A DNA stretch of 64,000 nt from Myxococcales bacterium (GCA_047601445.1 JASGJH010000001.1:1568001-1632000), one strand, 5' to 3'; shown: positions 28,605 through 38,560, counted from the first letter of the stretch. Numbers and translations are program-made. The notes: generated from the sequence alone by a model not told the origin.

Positions 28605-30077
28605 ATGACAGCGCCTCGCCATGTTGCTCACCACTCCTTGATCGTCCGCTTCTGCTTGCTCGCTGCGAGCCTCACCGCCTGTTCGGATGGCGGCCGAGCC
28701 CAGGGGGCCCCGCCCAACTCCTCGGCCGGCGATGGCGACGGGGATGGCGATGGGGATGGGGACGGCGATGGAGATGATACCGACGAGGGGGACGGCGACC
28801 GCCCCGGAGTTGGCGATGGAGACGGAGACGGAGACGGTCATGGAGATGCCGGCACCGACGCCGGATTCCGAGGCTCGTATCAGGAGGTCTTCGATCAGGG
28901 CCTCACGCGCTACGTCGGGACCCCACAAGTGAAAGAGACGGAGGTCACCACCTCCGGAAGCGGCGACACCCAGCTGCAAATCCACCACTTCTCCAGCGAC
29001 AACCGCGGTCCCGCGTGCATGTACGGCGACGAGTACTTCGTGGAAACCCGCCAGGGTTCCTCGGACACACTGATGATCTTCCTGCAGGGTGGCGGCGTGT
29101 GCTTGACCGAGATCTGCGCGGCCACGCCCTCGCCCATCCTCTCGCTCCAGCTATTCGACGTCGCTAGCTCCATCGGCATCGGCGGCCTTCTCGACCCGCG
29201 TAACGCCAACAACCCCACCAAGGACTTCGACGTCGTCAATGCGCCCTACTGCGACGGATCTCTGTTCGCAGGAGACGTGGACCGCATCCTCTCCGACGGC
29301 AACGACAGCAACGGGAAAGACGATCAAGCCTACCAACGCGGGCTGCAGAACCTCACCGCCACGCTGGAGACCGCCCACCGCCTGTTCCCGTCCCCGCCGC
29401 GCATCGTGCTGATCGGCTCGAGCGGAGGAGCTTACGGCGTCGTCGCGGGGACGGTGCTCACGCGCTACTTCTATCCGGACACGCCGCTGCTCGTGATCTC
29501 CGATTCGGGCGCCCCCATCGTGAACGGCATCGACAAGGGCTTCATCACGCGCGCGCTCACCGAGTTCAACGCCATCAGCCTGATCCCGAAGTCATGTCCG
29601 GACTGCCTCGCCAACGGGCACGCCACGGGCATGCTCGAGTGGGCCCTCGATCTCGACCCCCAGCTCACGGTCGCCTACATGACCCACGCGCGCGATCACG
29701 TGATCGGTGAGTTTTTCATGAAGACCACGGCGGATCAGTTTCAGGCCGCCGTGGTGGGCGAGACCGATCGCATGCTCGCCAAGTTCCCCGACCGCGCCTA
29801 TCGCTTCGTCATTCCCACCAACCGCCACACGCTCACGATGGGCCTCGACGACCTTCCCGACGGACTCCAGGGCTCGGTGCTCGGTTTCGCAGGCGGCCTG
29901 GGCTTCGGCTTCATCGGCCCGGACGTCAACAGCGAAGCGCTTTCGACCTGGGCCATGGGCGGCATGAAGGAGACCGGGAAGGACGACGACGGGAAGGCCT
30001 GGACGGGCTACGACTGGGTCCGCAGCTTGCTCAACGATCCATCGAACACGCCGAGCGTGTTGCAGCTCCAACCGTGA
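28605..30077 (+). CDS. Pectinacetylesterase/Notum-family alpha/beta hydrolase lipoprotein
   Basis: Lipobox LTAC, GD repeats, IFLQGGGVC, PYCDGSLFAG, nucleophile elbow LIGSSGGAYG, SDSG; start ATG 28605. Confidence 0.85.
   Translation: MTAPRHVAHHSLIVRFCLLAASLTACSDGGRAQGAPPNSSAGDGDGDGDGDGDGDGDDTDEGDGDRPGVGDGDGDGDGHGDAGTDAGFRGSYQEVFDQGLTRYVGTPQVKETEVTTSGSGDTQLQIHHFSSDNRGPACMYGDEYFVETRQGSSDTLMIFLQGGGVCLTEICAATPSPILSLQLFDVASSIGIGGLLDPRNANNPTKDFDVVNAPYCDGSLFAGDVDRILSDGNDSNGKDDQAYQRGLQNLTATLETAHRLFPSPPRIVLIGSSGGAYGVVAGTVLTRYFYPDTPLLVISDSGAPIVNGIDKGFITRALTEFNAISLIPKSCPDCLANGHATGMLEWALDLDPQLTVAYMTHARDHVIGEFFMKTTADQFQAAVVGETDRMLAKFPDRAYRFVIPTNRHTLTMGLDDLPDGLQGSVLGFAGGLGFGFIGPDVNSEALSTWAMGGMKETGKDDDGKAWTGYDWVRSLLNDPSNTPSVLQLQP
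28728..28775 (+). repeat. Hexanucleotide repeat encoding (Gly-Asp)8
   Basis: GGN-GAY x8 in the esterase linker; further GD runs continue to about 28840. Confidence 0.85.
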
Positions 30078-30204
30078 GCCAACGCGCGCATCCTGGTAGG
30101 CCACGCCACACGTTTCAGAGGTGACACCAGGGCCCGACGGTTTCATAATCGGCCAGCGCCGGCGCGACTAAGGCAGGTTGCACCGGTGGAGGTAGTGGCC
30201 TGCG

Positions 30205-31359
30205 ATGAGCACCCTTCGGTCCTATGCACCCGGCATGGATGACTCGCCTAGGTCCGCCTCGGAGCGGCCTGTCGACGGGCAGAGCGTCGCGTCCAAACCT
30301 CCGCAAAGCATGAACCCCGGCCCTGATTCACCGAGCAACCTGGCGGTTTCTACCATCTCCATGGCGGTGGTGCGTGGGCTGGTCGAGGCCGTGGAGCAGG
30401 CGGGCGTAGAGCGCGCCATCTTCCTGAGTCGCGCCGGCATCGAACTGGAGAGCCTGCAGGCCGCCGACCTGCGCATCCCGCGCGCCGAGGGGTTCCGGGT
30501 GTGTGAGTTGGCGCTCGATCTCACCGATGATCCCGCGTTCGGACTCCACTGGGTCGAGCGCCTCAGTGAGCGCATGTTCGCGCCCGTCTCACATCTGATT
30601 GCCCACTGCCCGAGCCTGCGCGACGGGCTCGCGCTGCTGGCGCGGTTTTTCCGCCTGCTCGGTGACGACGCGCCCTATCGGGTGCTCGAGGACGGCGACC
30701 GCGTGACCATCCAGTGCTTCAGCACGGATCATCCGAGCGTGCGCACGCGCCGCTTCGAGGCCGAGATGCTGATGGGGGGATTCTGGAAGCTGGTTCGCAG
30801 CTTCAACATGAATGCGCGCCCGGAGCAGGTCAGCTTCAGCTACCCCGCGCCTCCCTATCACGCCGAATACACGCGCCTCTTCGAGGGCCTGCAGCGCTTC
30901 GACGAACCCTTCACCGGCCTCGTCTTCGACAGCGCGCTACTGAACGCCCCGTCGCCCCAGAAAGACGACGACGTACGCGAGGCCCTGCAAGCGCTCGCCG
31001 AACGGCGCCTCCTGCGCGTGACCCACAGCACGCCGTACTCCACGCGCGTCCGCGAGTTCCTGGTGCGCGAGGGACTGCCGCACCGGACGGACATGCAGAG
31101 CGTGGCCCGCGCGCTCGATATCAGCGTGCGCTCGTTACGCAGGCGGCTCGAGGAAGAATCCAAGCCCTACAACGAGATCCTCGGCGAGGCACAGGCAGCC
31201 GTGGCCAGGCAGCTGCTGCAAGATCACCGGCGCACGATCCAGGAGATCGCCTACGAGATGGGGTTCTCCGACCCGAGCACCTTCCATCGCGCGTTCAAGC
31301 GCTGGACCGGCATGACGCCGAGCGCCTACCGCGAAGAGCTGCTGCGCAACTCGGGCTGA
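30205..31359 (+). CDS. AraC family transcriptional regulator (OruR/VqsM-like)
   Basis: DDPAFGLH N-domain; ALDISVRSLRRRL...EIAYEMGFSDPSTFHRAFKRWTGMTP; start uncertain. Confidence 0.9.
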   Translation: MSTLRSYAPGMDDSPRSASERPVDGQSVASKPPQSMNPGPDSPSNLAVSTISMAVVRGLVEAVEQAGVERAIFLSRAGIELESLQAADLRIPRAEGFRVCELALDLTDDPAFGLHWVERLSERMFAPVSHLIAHCPSLRDGLALLARFFRLLGDDAPYRVLEDGDRVTIQCFSTDHPSVRTRRFEAEMLMGGFWKLVRSFNMNARPEQVSFSYPAPPYHAEYTRLFEGLQRFDEPFTGLVFDSALLNAPSPQKDDDVREALQALAERRLLRVTHSTPYSTRVREFLVREGLPHRTDMQSVARALDISVRSLRRRLEEESKPYNEILGEAQAAVARQLLQDHRRTIQEIAYEMGFSDPSTFHRAFKRWTGMTPSAYREELLRNSG

Positions 31360-31493
31360 GGCGAGCTAGCCCCGGCTGGTGTCGTTGAACACCATGACAG
31401 CGCGTTGGCCGGCTCCGCCTTACCATCTCTCTGACGAGCGCTCGCGGCCACTTCCAGCCGTTGCGTGCTCCCATCCAGGAACCTGCGGGGGAC

Positions 31494-32717
31494 ATGGTAA
31501 ACGCGGAACCGTCCTACGATCGCGCGCTGTACTTCGACGCCACGGTGCTCGCCTTCTCGCTTCGCTACTTGAGCCTCTATTTCTCGGGCGAACAGCTATT
31601 GGCGCGGGTGGCCCTGATGCTCGGTCGCACTGCTGCCTCGATGGGAGAGGCCCACCAGCTGGCGGCCGCAGGCCCCCTCGAGGACCTGTGCTGGCTGTTG
31701 CGGAACACGCCCGCGGCAGAGCAGATTCTGCTCACTCATTTGCTCCTCGCGACCGCGGCGCCGACCTACGACGCAACCCATCGACAGGGCCTGATGCGTG
31801 ACGCCGAGGCGCTCGGCGTGAACAAATCGGAGTTCGAGCGCATCGAGAACGACGTGGCCGCCCGCATGGGCCTGCTCGGCTATCCACGCCTCGGGCCGCC
31901 CCCACTTCGCTTCCCCCCGCGCGAGCTCGAGTTCGTGCAAGTCCATGGCGGCGAACGTCTGCACGTGGTGCTCGGCGTGCCGGGCTTCCTCGGCATCGCC
32001 GACGGCTTTCCACGCACCTGGTCTGCACTCAACTTGCTCTCGGAGTCCGCGCTCGTGCTCGCCGTCTCCTGGGAGTCGCAGGCGCTGGCCTGGCTAGGCG
32101 CGTCACTGCACTCCGCGGCCACCGAGCTCACTTCGCAGGGACTCTTGCGTAAGGTCACGGCGGCCGCGACGCACCAGACCACGCTGCGCCGCGCGGACAC
32201 CGATGCCCGCCTGCCTGCCTGGCCCGACGCTGGCTTCTCGCTGCTCAATCTGTTCGATCTCCCCTGGGACGTGGTGCGACAACGCGCCGAGAAATCGGGC
32301 CGCATCCTGGCGCAGGAGATCATGCAGGGCACCTTCAGCCGCGCCCCCATCTCGCTGTGCGGCTTCTCGCTTGGGGCGCGCGTGATCCTGGAGGCGCTCG
32401 CCCACCTCGACCTTTACGGTTGCCATCATCGGATCCAGGACGTCGTGCTGCTGGGTGGAGCGGCAGGCGTGCGCCACCCCGGCCTCTATGCCCTGCCCCG
32501 CGTCTGCTCGGGACGCGTGATCAACGGCTACGCCGAGAACGACTGGGTGCTCGGCTATCTCTACCGGGCACGGCAACATGAGCGCGCCATCGGTCTCGTG
32601 CCCCTGCACCGCACGGGGGTCGTGGACGTCGACCTGACGCGTCTCGTCAGGGGACATCTGACCTACTCGCACAAGCTCGAGCCGTTGCTGCGCGTCTGTC
32701 TCGAAGCAGCGTCGTAG
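31494..32717 (+). CDS. DUF726/TMCO4-like alpha/beta hydrolase
   Basis: GVPGFL, WESQAL, W..VRQRAEKSG..LA, SLCGFSLGARVI, DVVLLGGA, VCSGRVINGY..NDWVLGYLYR, GHLTY. Confidence 0.8.
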   Translation: MVNAEPSYDRALYFDATVLAFSLRYLSLYFSGEQLLARVALMLGRTAASMGEAHQLAAAGPLEDLCWLLRNTPAAEQILLTHLLLATAAPTYDATHRQGLMRDAEALGVNKSEFERIENDVAARMGLLGYPRLGPPPLRFPPRELEFVQVHGGERLHVVLGVPGFLGIADGFPRTWSALNLLSESALVLAVSWESQALAWLGASLHSAATELTSQGLLRKVTAAATHQTTLRRADTDARLPAWPDAGFSLLNLFDLPWDVVRQRAEKSGRILAQEIMQGTFSRAPISLCGFSLGARVILEALAHLDLYGCHHRIQDVVLLGGAAGVRHPGLYALPRVCSGRVINGYAENDWVLGYLYRARQHERAIGLVPLHRTGVVDVDLTRLVRGHLTYSHKLEPLLRVCLEAAS

Positions 32718-32719
32718 CG

Positions 32720-33313
32720 CTATTTCAGGCGCAGCTCGTTGTCCACGTGAGCTTGGCCCGCGATGCCACGCACGATGTCGTCGAGCGCTGCGCGCTCCTT
32801 TCCGCTGTTCACCACACCGCGCAAAGTGACGTGACCATCCTTGGTCACGATGCTCACGTTCTTGGCGTTGTAAGAGAGCCGCTTGTCCGCGAGGACGACC
32901 TTGCGAATGCTCTGGGTGAGCGCACGGTCCGTCTCGCTCGTGCCTTGCTCACCCGTCGTGGTCAGCACGTCGCTCGCGTCGAGATTGCGCTTCATGGAGT
33001 CGAAGGCTCCAAAGTCAGGATCGGTGGTGGAGGCGTTCGGATCCTTGTGGCTGACTCGCGCTGGCGCGGGCGGCGCTTCGGCGTCCCTCGCTTGCGCTTG
33101 CGAGTCGTTGGCGGGCATCACGTAGGTTCCGAGTGCCGCGTTGTGCTCGTCCGCGGCGTGCCGCGGGGCATCCGCCAGGCCCAGCTGTGCCTGACTGTCT
33201 GCCATGCGGCCCAGGGACTGCACGGCCTGTTGCGAAGTCGTGTGATCCTGGGCGTGCTGGTGGGCACACCCGATGACTGCGATGGCGCTCAACAAAACGG
33301 AGGTGCGAAACAT
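32720..33313 (-). CDS. BON-domain lipoprotein
   Basis: Lipobox VIGC; TDRALTQSIRK...LSYNAKNVSIVTKDGHVTLRGVVNS...VDNEL. Confidence 0.88.
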   Translation of the reverse strand: MFRTSVLLSAIAVIGCAHQHAQDHTTSQQAVQSLGRMADSQAQLGLADAPRHAADEHNAALGTYVMPANDSQAQARDAEAPPAPARVSHKDPNASTTDPDFGAFDSMKRNLDASDVLTTTGEQGTSETDRALTQSIRKVVLADKRLSYNAKNVSIVTKDGHVTLRGVVNSGKERAALDDIVRGIAGQAHVDNELRLK

Positions 33314-33368
33314 CTGCTCCCTCTCCTTCGCATGCGGACGGGGCCGCTCAAGAGCTGCCCGCTAGCAG

Positions 33369-33384
33369 TGCATACCGTGTGCCG
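33369..33384 (-). promoter_or_regulatory. Candidate sigma-54 (-24/-12) promoter for the BON gene
   Basis: Minus strand CGGCACACGGTATGCA has exact GG-N10-GC spacing about 55 nt upstream of the start. Confidence 0.45.
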
Positions 33385-33546
33385 CAGCGAATTTGCCGGA
33401 GTTTTGCTGGTGCCCTCGCTGTTCGATCTCGCGCGTCAGTGTCAGCGATGCTCAGGCGTGACGTCCCACCACACCGCGCGTCGGGCGCTCTGCACCGTCC
33501 TCGACGCCGGCGCTGCTCCCAACGCGGAGGAGCTCGCGTACTCGCC

Positions 33547-34553
33547 TCAACGCTCGCTGTCGAGGTGTGCCATTTGAGCGTCCGCGTAGCGCGATCCTGC
33601 GACGGCATCGGCCGGCACCAACGCCTCGAACTCGCGCGCTTCGGCGGCGCTCAAGGGGCGCTCGAGCGCCGACAACGTGTCCTTCAACTGTTCCCGCGTT
33701 CGTGCCCCCACCAGCGGTACCAGGCGCGGCTGCTTGTGCAGGACCCACGCGATGCACAGCTGCGCCGCGCTCTGACCACGCGCTCGCGCGAAGCCCTCGA
33801 TGGACTGCACCACGCGCTCGTTCTGGGCCCGGTTCTGCTCGGCGAAACGCGGCAAGAAGCGCCTAAAATCAGCGGCGTTTACGCCCGGTTTGCGGCCGCT
33901 CAAGAGGCCGCGCGAGAGCACTCCATAGAGGGTCGCGCCGATACCGAGCTCCTCCAAGGCGGGGAAGATGCGCTGCTCGGGCCCACGCGTCACGACCGAG
34001 TACTCGATCTGGAGATCGGCGATGGGATGCACGCGTTGGGCGCGCCGGATGGTGTCGACGCCCACCTCGGACAAGCCGACGTGCCGTACGTAACCCTGCT
34101 TGACCAGATCCGCGATGGCACCGACGGTGTCTTCGATGGGCACATTGGGATCGAGCCGACAAGGTCGATAGATATCGATGACGTCGACGCGGAGGCGCTT
34201 GAGGCTGTAGGCCACCCAGGTTTCACGGCCGCGGGCCGCGTATCGAGGCCAAGCCACGCCCCGTCGGGACCACGCATGGCACCGAACTTCACCGAGACGA
34301 GCGCCTTGTCGCGTCGGTCTGCCAGGGCACGTCCCACCAGCAGCTCGTTGTGGCCCATGCCATAGAAGTCGCCCGTATCGATCAAGTTCACGCCGCGTTC
34401 GAGCGCTTCGTGGATGGTGGCGACGCCCTCGTCGTCGCTGCTCGCACCATAGGCACCAGACATCCCCATGCAGCCGAGCGCCAGCGGGAACACCCTGGGA
34501 CCAGTGGCACCGAGTGCACGCACCTCGCTTGCTGTTTCGCTCAATGTCGTCAT
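33547..34553 (-). CDS. Aldo/keto reductase (one frameshift near 34221)
   Basis: [24 protein letters not shown] and SVKFG in one frame; SLKRL.VD.IDIY, GLSE, LQIEYS and YGVLSRGLL in another; junction GTG-AAA-CC-TGG lacks one base in an A run. Confidence 0.9.
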
Positions 34554-34677
34554 GGATCACCTCGTGCTGAGGGATCCAAACTAGGCCGCGCGGTCTCCCG
34601 AATCTAGCCCAGCATCGACGCCACAGCGGAAAGACCTGCTGGGGTCGCTGGCCGCGGCCACAACGTTACGCAGCGGC

Positions 34678-34740
34678 GCGACGCGGCTCACGGCCCCGCA
34701 CACGCGTGGCGGTCGCACCACGCCCGTGAGCGCGCGTCGC
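34678..34740. terminator. Long GC-rich hairpin downstream of the vWA gene
   Basis: GCGACGCG-GCTCACGG pairs with CCGTGAGC-G-CGCGTCGC (one bulge); no U-tract. Confidence 0.45.
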
Positions 34741-34759
34741 TAGGCTCCCCGAGTGGGGC

Positions 34760-36103
34760 TCAGATGAGATCGATCAGGAGGGGCGGTTCCTCGTCGGGAG
34801 GATCCACCGGCACGCACTTGCGGCTCTTCAGCTCGTACTGGCCATCGTCGCCATCGCCGTCGCCATCCCCGTTCGTGGCAGGCGGTGCAGGCGGAGCCGG
34901 AGGCGCAGGCGGCGCAGGTGGCGGCGGCGGACACACAGCCTTCACTCGCAGCGCGTGACCGCTGCCACCATGGGCGGCATCACAGGAAGTCCCCAGCAAT
35001 GTGAGGTTGTCGCCTGCGGCATCGAGGGCATAGCCGTTGGCGTCGCCCACCGTGAGAACTTGGCCGTCGAGCGTGACTTCGACCTTCCAGGGATCGACCA
35101 CCTTCGACTTGAGTGCGAGTTCGCAGCTGGCCGCGCGACCCGCCAGAGCTTCGAGGGTCTTGAACAGCGTGTCGTGGTCTCCCACGGCGTGATGCTGCGT
35201 GTCACCCGTGCCGCCCGCCTGGGCCATCATGTCGAGAGCGCTGCGCAGGTCCTTATCCTGCTGGGTGTCGTAGCCGAGCACGTAGGTCTTGATGCCGTCC
35301 TGGGTCATCGCTTGAATGCGCGCCACCGTCTGCGGAATTGCTTCGGGCTGGCCAGTCCCCGCGGTACCGAGTCCCAACCCGACCGAACCGAGTCCACCCG
35401 AGTCGCCCGACGCGCAGTTGGGCGCACCGTCCGTCACCAAGAGCACCGCCTGGGAGCTCGTGGGCGACGCCATCGCCTTGAGCGTCTCGTGGGCGTTGCG
35501 GAGTGTGGAAGCCGTGGGCGTGGCCCCCGAGGGCGCCATCGAATGCAGCTGCTGACTGATCGCGGTGCCGGTGCCCATGCCAGGCATCACGCGCACTTGG
35601 CCGGGTTCGCAGGTGTACTCGCCGAGCACGCTACCACTCTGACGGAGCAAGCAGTCCTGCTGCTCTGCCGCGGTCTTGAATGCCGAGCAGTCCCCGGGAA
35701 AGGTCATCAATCCCAGGCGGAGTGTCTCGGGTACGCTGTGCGTGAGATCCTCGACGGCCGACACCGAAGGATCCCACCGGTTGGCGTTCAGGTCGTGCAT
35801 GCTGCCCGAGCGGTCGAGCACCACCAGCACGTTGGCGATCGCGTTGTCGAACTCGACCGTGTAGTCCTCGCAGCCTGGCGTCGTGGGCGTGTTGCCGTCG
35901 CCGTCGCCAGCGGGCGTCTCGGTGCAATCGAGGCCCTGGCCATCGAGATCCCCGTCACCCTGATTTCCGTCCCCATCACCGCCATCGCCTGCGCCGCGCA
36001 TGCGACCCGAGCACGCGGAGAGCAACAAGAGCGCGCACAGGGAGGCCGAGCGAGGGGCCGAACGGAGGTTGGGCAAGTTTGACCAAGATAAGGAAATGTT
36101 CAT
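34760..36103 (-). CDS. von Willebrand factor A domain lipoprotein with GD and Pro-Ala repeats
   Basis: Lipobox LSAC; MIDAS motif VLDRSGSM, TPT, LLVTDGAPNC; GD runs; PPA repeats near the C-terminus. Confidence 0.88.
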   Translation of the reverse strand: MNISLSWSNLPNLRSAPRSASLCALLLLSACSGRMRGAGDGGDGDGNQGDGDLDGQGLDCTETPAGDGDGNTPTTPGCEDYTVEFDNAIANVLVVLDRSGSMHDLNANRWDPSVSAVEDLTHSVPETLRLGLMTFPGDCSAFKTAAEQQDCLLRQSGSVLGEYTCEPGQVRVMPGMGTGTAISQQLHSMAPSGATPTASTLRNAHETLKAMASPTSSQAVLLVTDGAPNCASGDSGGLGSVGLGLGTAGTGQPEAIPQTVARIQAMTQDGIKTYVLGYDTQQDKDLRSALDMMAQAGGTGDTQHHAVGDHDTLFKTLEALAGRAASCELALKSKVVDPWKVEVTLDGQVLTVGDANGYALDAAGDNLTLLGTSCDAAHGGSGHALRVKAVCPPPPPAPPAPPAPPAPPATNGDGDGDGDDGQYELKSRKCVPVDPPDEEPPLLIDLI

Positions 36104-36221
36104 GAGTCGCTAGTTAGCTTTGCATTTCTGGCCATTTCAATGCCCTGCCGCGCCAGGACATGTTTTGTCCGCCAGCAGACATGGGCTTGCGCATGCGAGA
36201 TTGCGCACGCGAAGCGAACGC

Positions 36222-37337
36222 TCAACGCGATGCTTTGGGGGGTGGAGGTGCGCTGCTGCTGGGCCGCAACGCCGCGGGCGACTTGCCGGTCCAGCGCCGC
36301 ACCGCGCGGTGGAATGCGCTGGCGTCCGCGAAGCCCAGGGCATGGGCCACTTGCTTCACCGAGCGCGTCGGATCCAGCAACATTGCCTCGGCCTGCTCAC
36401 GCTGCACACGCTGCACGAGGGCGGGAAACGGCGTGCCTTCGGACTGCAGGCGTCGCCGCAGCGTGCGTCCGCTCGTGCCGAGTTGGGAAGCGATCTCGTC
36501 CATGGTGAGCCGATGGTTGTCCGGACTCGCGCGCAGCAGGTTCAGCACGCGCGCGGAGAGTCCGTCGAAGCCGTGCTGCGCCAACAGACCGTCCGCATAC
36601 TCCGTCAAACGCGCCTCGAGATCGGCCACGTAGTTGGGCTGCGGTTGCAGGGCGTGCTCGCGGTCGACCACCACCTCGGTGGCAGGCGCGTTGAAGCGCA
36701 GCGGACAACCGAGCACCTGCTCGTACACCTCGACGTGGTCCGGAGCCGGATAGTCGAACGCGATCAGGCGAGGCACGCCTGCGATGCCCGCGTGCTGTCG
36801 CAGCAAGCGACGCAACGAGAAGGCCACCGATTCCATGTACGCGCGGTGCGCGCGCAGCGATGGCGAGTGGCGCACCATGGAGATGCGGCAGAGCTCGGGC
36901 TCGTCGTACACGTAGAAGAGCGGTAGGCTCGAAAACAGGGGCCAATAACGGGCCATCAGGTCGACGCCGGATCGAAAGTGCTGCACCACCGTGAGGGCGT
37001 GGGCGACGGCGCCGAAGGCACCGAAGGTGGCGCGCTGCCACCAGTGCAAGCCGAGTGCGGGATCACCGGTGAGGTCGAGCGCGCGCTCCACGAGCTGGTC
37101 GAGTTGGATGAGCGGCTGGTTGCGCTCGGAGGAAGCGAGCTGCGCGTCGGACAGCGAACTGCCGCGCAACAGGTCGGCGCGGGCGACGCCGCTCGCCTCG
37201 AGCGCTTCGATCAAGCCGCGCGTGAAGGCCAAGGATATGACTGGCCCGCGAGTTTCGCCGTCCCCCACGAAGCGACGGTTAACCCGACCAATGTGGGCAG
37301 GTCGTTGACCCGAACGACCATTTGTTCTTGCCGCCAA
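36222..37337 (-). CDS. AraC family transcriptional regulator (OruR/VqsM-like)
   Basis: GDPALGLH N-domain; LGTSGRTLRRRL...QVAHALGFADASAFHRAVRRWTGKSP; start uncertain (alternative GTG 37268). Confidence 0.88.
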   Translation of the reverse strand: MAARTNGRSGQRPAHIGRVNRRFVGDGETRGPVISLAFTRGLIEALEASGVARADLLRGSSLSDAQLASSERNQPLIQLDQLVERALDLTGDPALGLHWWQRATFGAFGAVAHALTVVQHFRSGVDLMARYWPLFSSLPLFYVYDEPELCRISMVRHSPSLRAHRAYMESVAFSLRRLLRQHAGIAGVPRLIAFDYPAPDHVEVYEQVLGCPLRFNAPATEVVVDREHALQPQPNYVADLEARLTEYADGLLAQHGFDGLSARVLNLLRASPDNHRLTMDEIASQLGTSGRTLRRRLQSEGTPFPALVQRVQREQAEAMLLDPTRSVKQVAHALGFADASAFHRAVRRWTGKSPAALRPSSSAPPPPKASR

Positions 37338-37949
37338 GACGCACGGGATACTGAATTTTACGCCGCAGTTGCACTACTGCGATCAGTTCTCGCTCGTTCG
37401 TTGGTCGCAACTGCACAAGACCGTTCTGACTTTTTCGTTCGGCACGCATCGCGAACGCACGGCGACGTTCTACTCTGTCTCGGCTCTCGGCCAGACGCGC
37501 ATGCGGCGCCGAACGAGCTCCACAGAGAACCTTCTTCACGCGTTCGGGTTCTCTTCACGGAGCTCTGACGATCGCGCGGCGTCCGGCGTACGCGCGACGA
37601 GAGCACTCCAGCATTCGCTTGAAGCACGTTGAAGAAAGTCCTCCACCGTCGCTCCGCTTCGACGCGCGCATCGAACCAGCACGCGCTGGCTCCTCCCACT
37701 TGCGTTCGCCACGCGCGTACCAAGCGAGGCCAGGCACCGCTCCGCGCATCGCCTCAAAGCGATCCCGCGCGCGGTCCCATCGGGCGTCGAAAGAGGAGCG
37801 CCCCCCAACTCCTCGTGCCGACCGAAAGACGCCGCAAAAGCCAGACTCCCCTCCCCAATTGGCGCCCAACCAGCTGAAACAGCACAACATTCAGGAAGCT
37901 GTTCGCCCACGAAACAAGCCAGGCCGACCGGGCGCCCATTGAGTCCGAT

Positions 37950-38540
37950 GTGTTTCTCGTACGTTTCCTATTTAGTGGCGGCGGCCTCCTGCGTCCGCTA
38001 CAACTTTGCGCCGTGAGCCTCGCCCGCGTAGACGCCCCTTCCCGTCGCGTCCTGTTGTCCTCGGTCGGCGCCGGACTCTTCATTTTGAGCCTGGCCGCGG
38101 TGGACCTGGTGCTGCGCGGTGCCGTTCCGCTGTCCGCCCTGATCCCTCCTTTCGGAGCGAGCACGGTGATCGTGTTCTTCTCCCCGGAGAGTCCCGCAGG
38201 TCGTCCCTGGAACGTCACGGCAGGTCATCTCGGCTCGGCGCTCGTCGCCATCTCGGCCATGACGCTGATCCCGAATTCGCCCGTCGCCGTGCAGGCGGCG
38301 CTGGCCGTGTCTGGTGCCGGCATCTGGATGGTCCTGAGCCGCAGCATTCATCCACCGGGCGGTGCCACGGCGCTGCTCGCCACGCTCGGCGGTCCCAAGC
38401 TGAGCGCGCTCGCCTTCTGCGCTTGCCTGCTCACGGGCTGCTTCACGCTGTGCAGCGTGCGCTGGCTGGTCGACTTCGGCGTACGCATCTCGGAACGCTC
38501 CGTCCCGCGCTCAGCCACCGACGCGGGACCTCACGCGTAG
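37950..38540 (+). CDS. HPP family membrane protein
   Basis: LIPPFGASTVIVF..PESP...PWNV..GH and IHPPGGATAL; start uncertain. Confidence 0.88.
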   Translation: MFLVRFLFSGGGLLRPLQLCAVSLARVDAPSRRVLLSSVGAGLFILSLAAVDLVLRGAVPLSALIPPFGASTVIVFFSPESPAGRPWNVTAGHLGSALVAISAMTLIPNSPVAVQAALAVSGAGIWMVLSRSIHPPGGATALLATLGGPKLSALAFCACLLTGCFTLCSVRWLVDFGVRISERSVPRSATDAGPHA

Positions 38541-38560
38541 CGCAAGACGCCCACGTCTCG

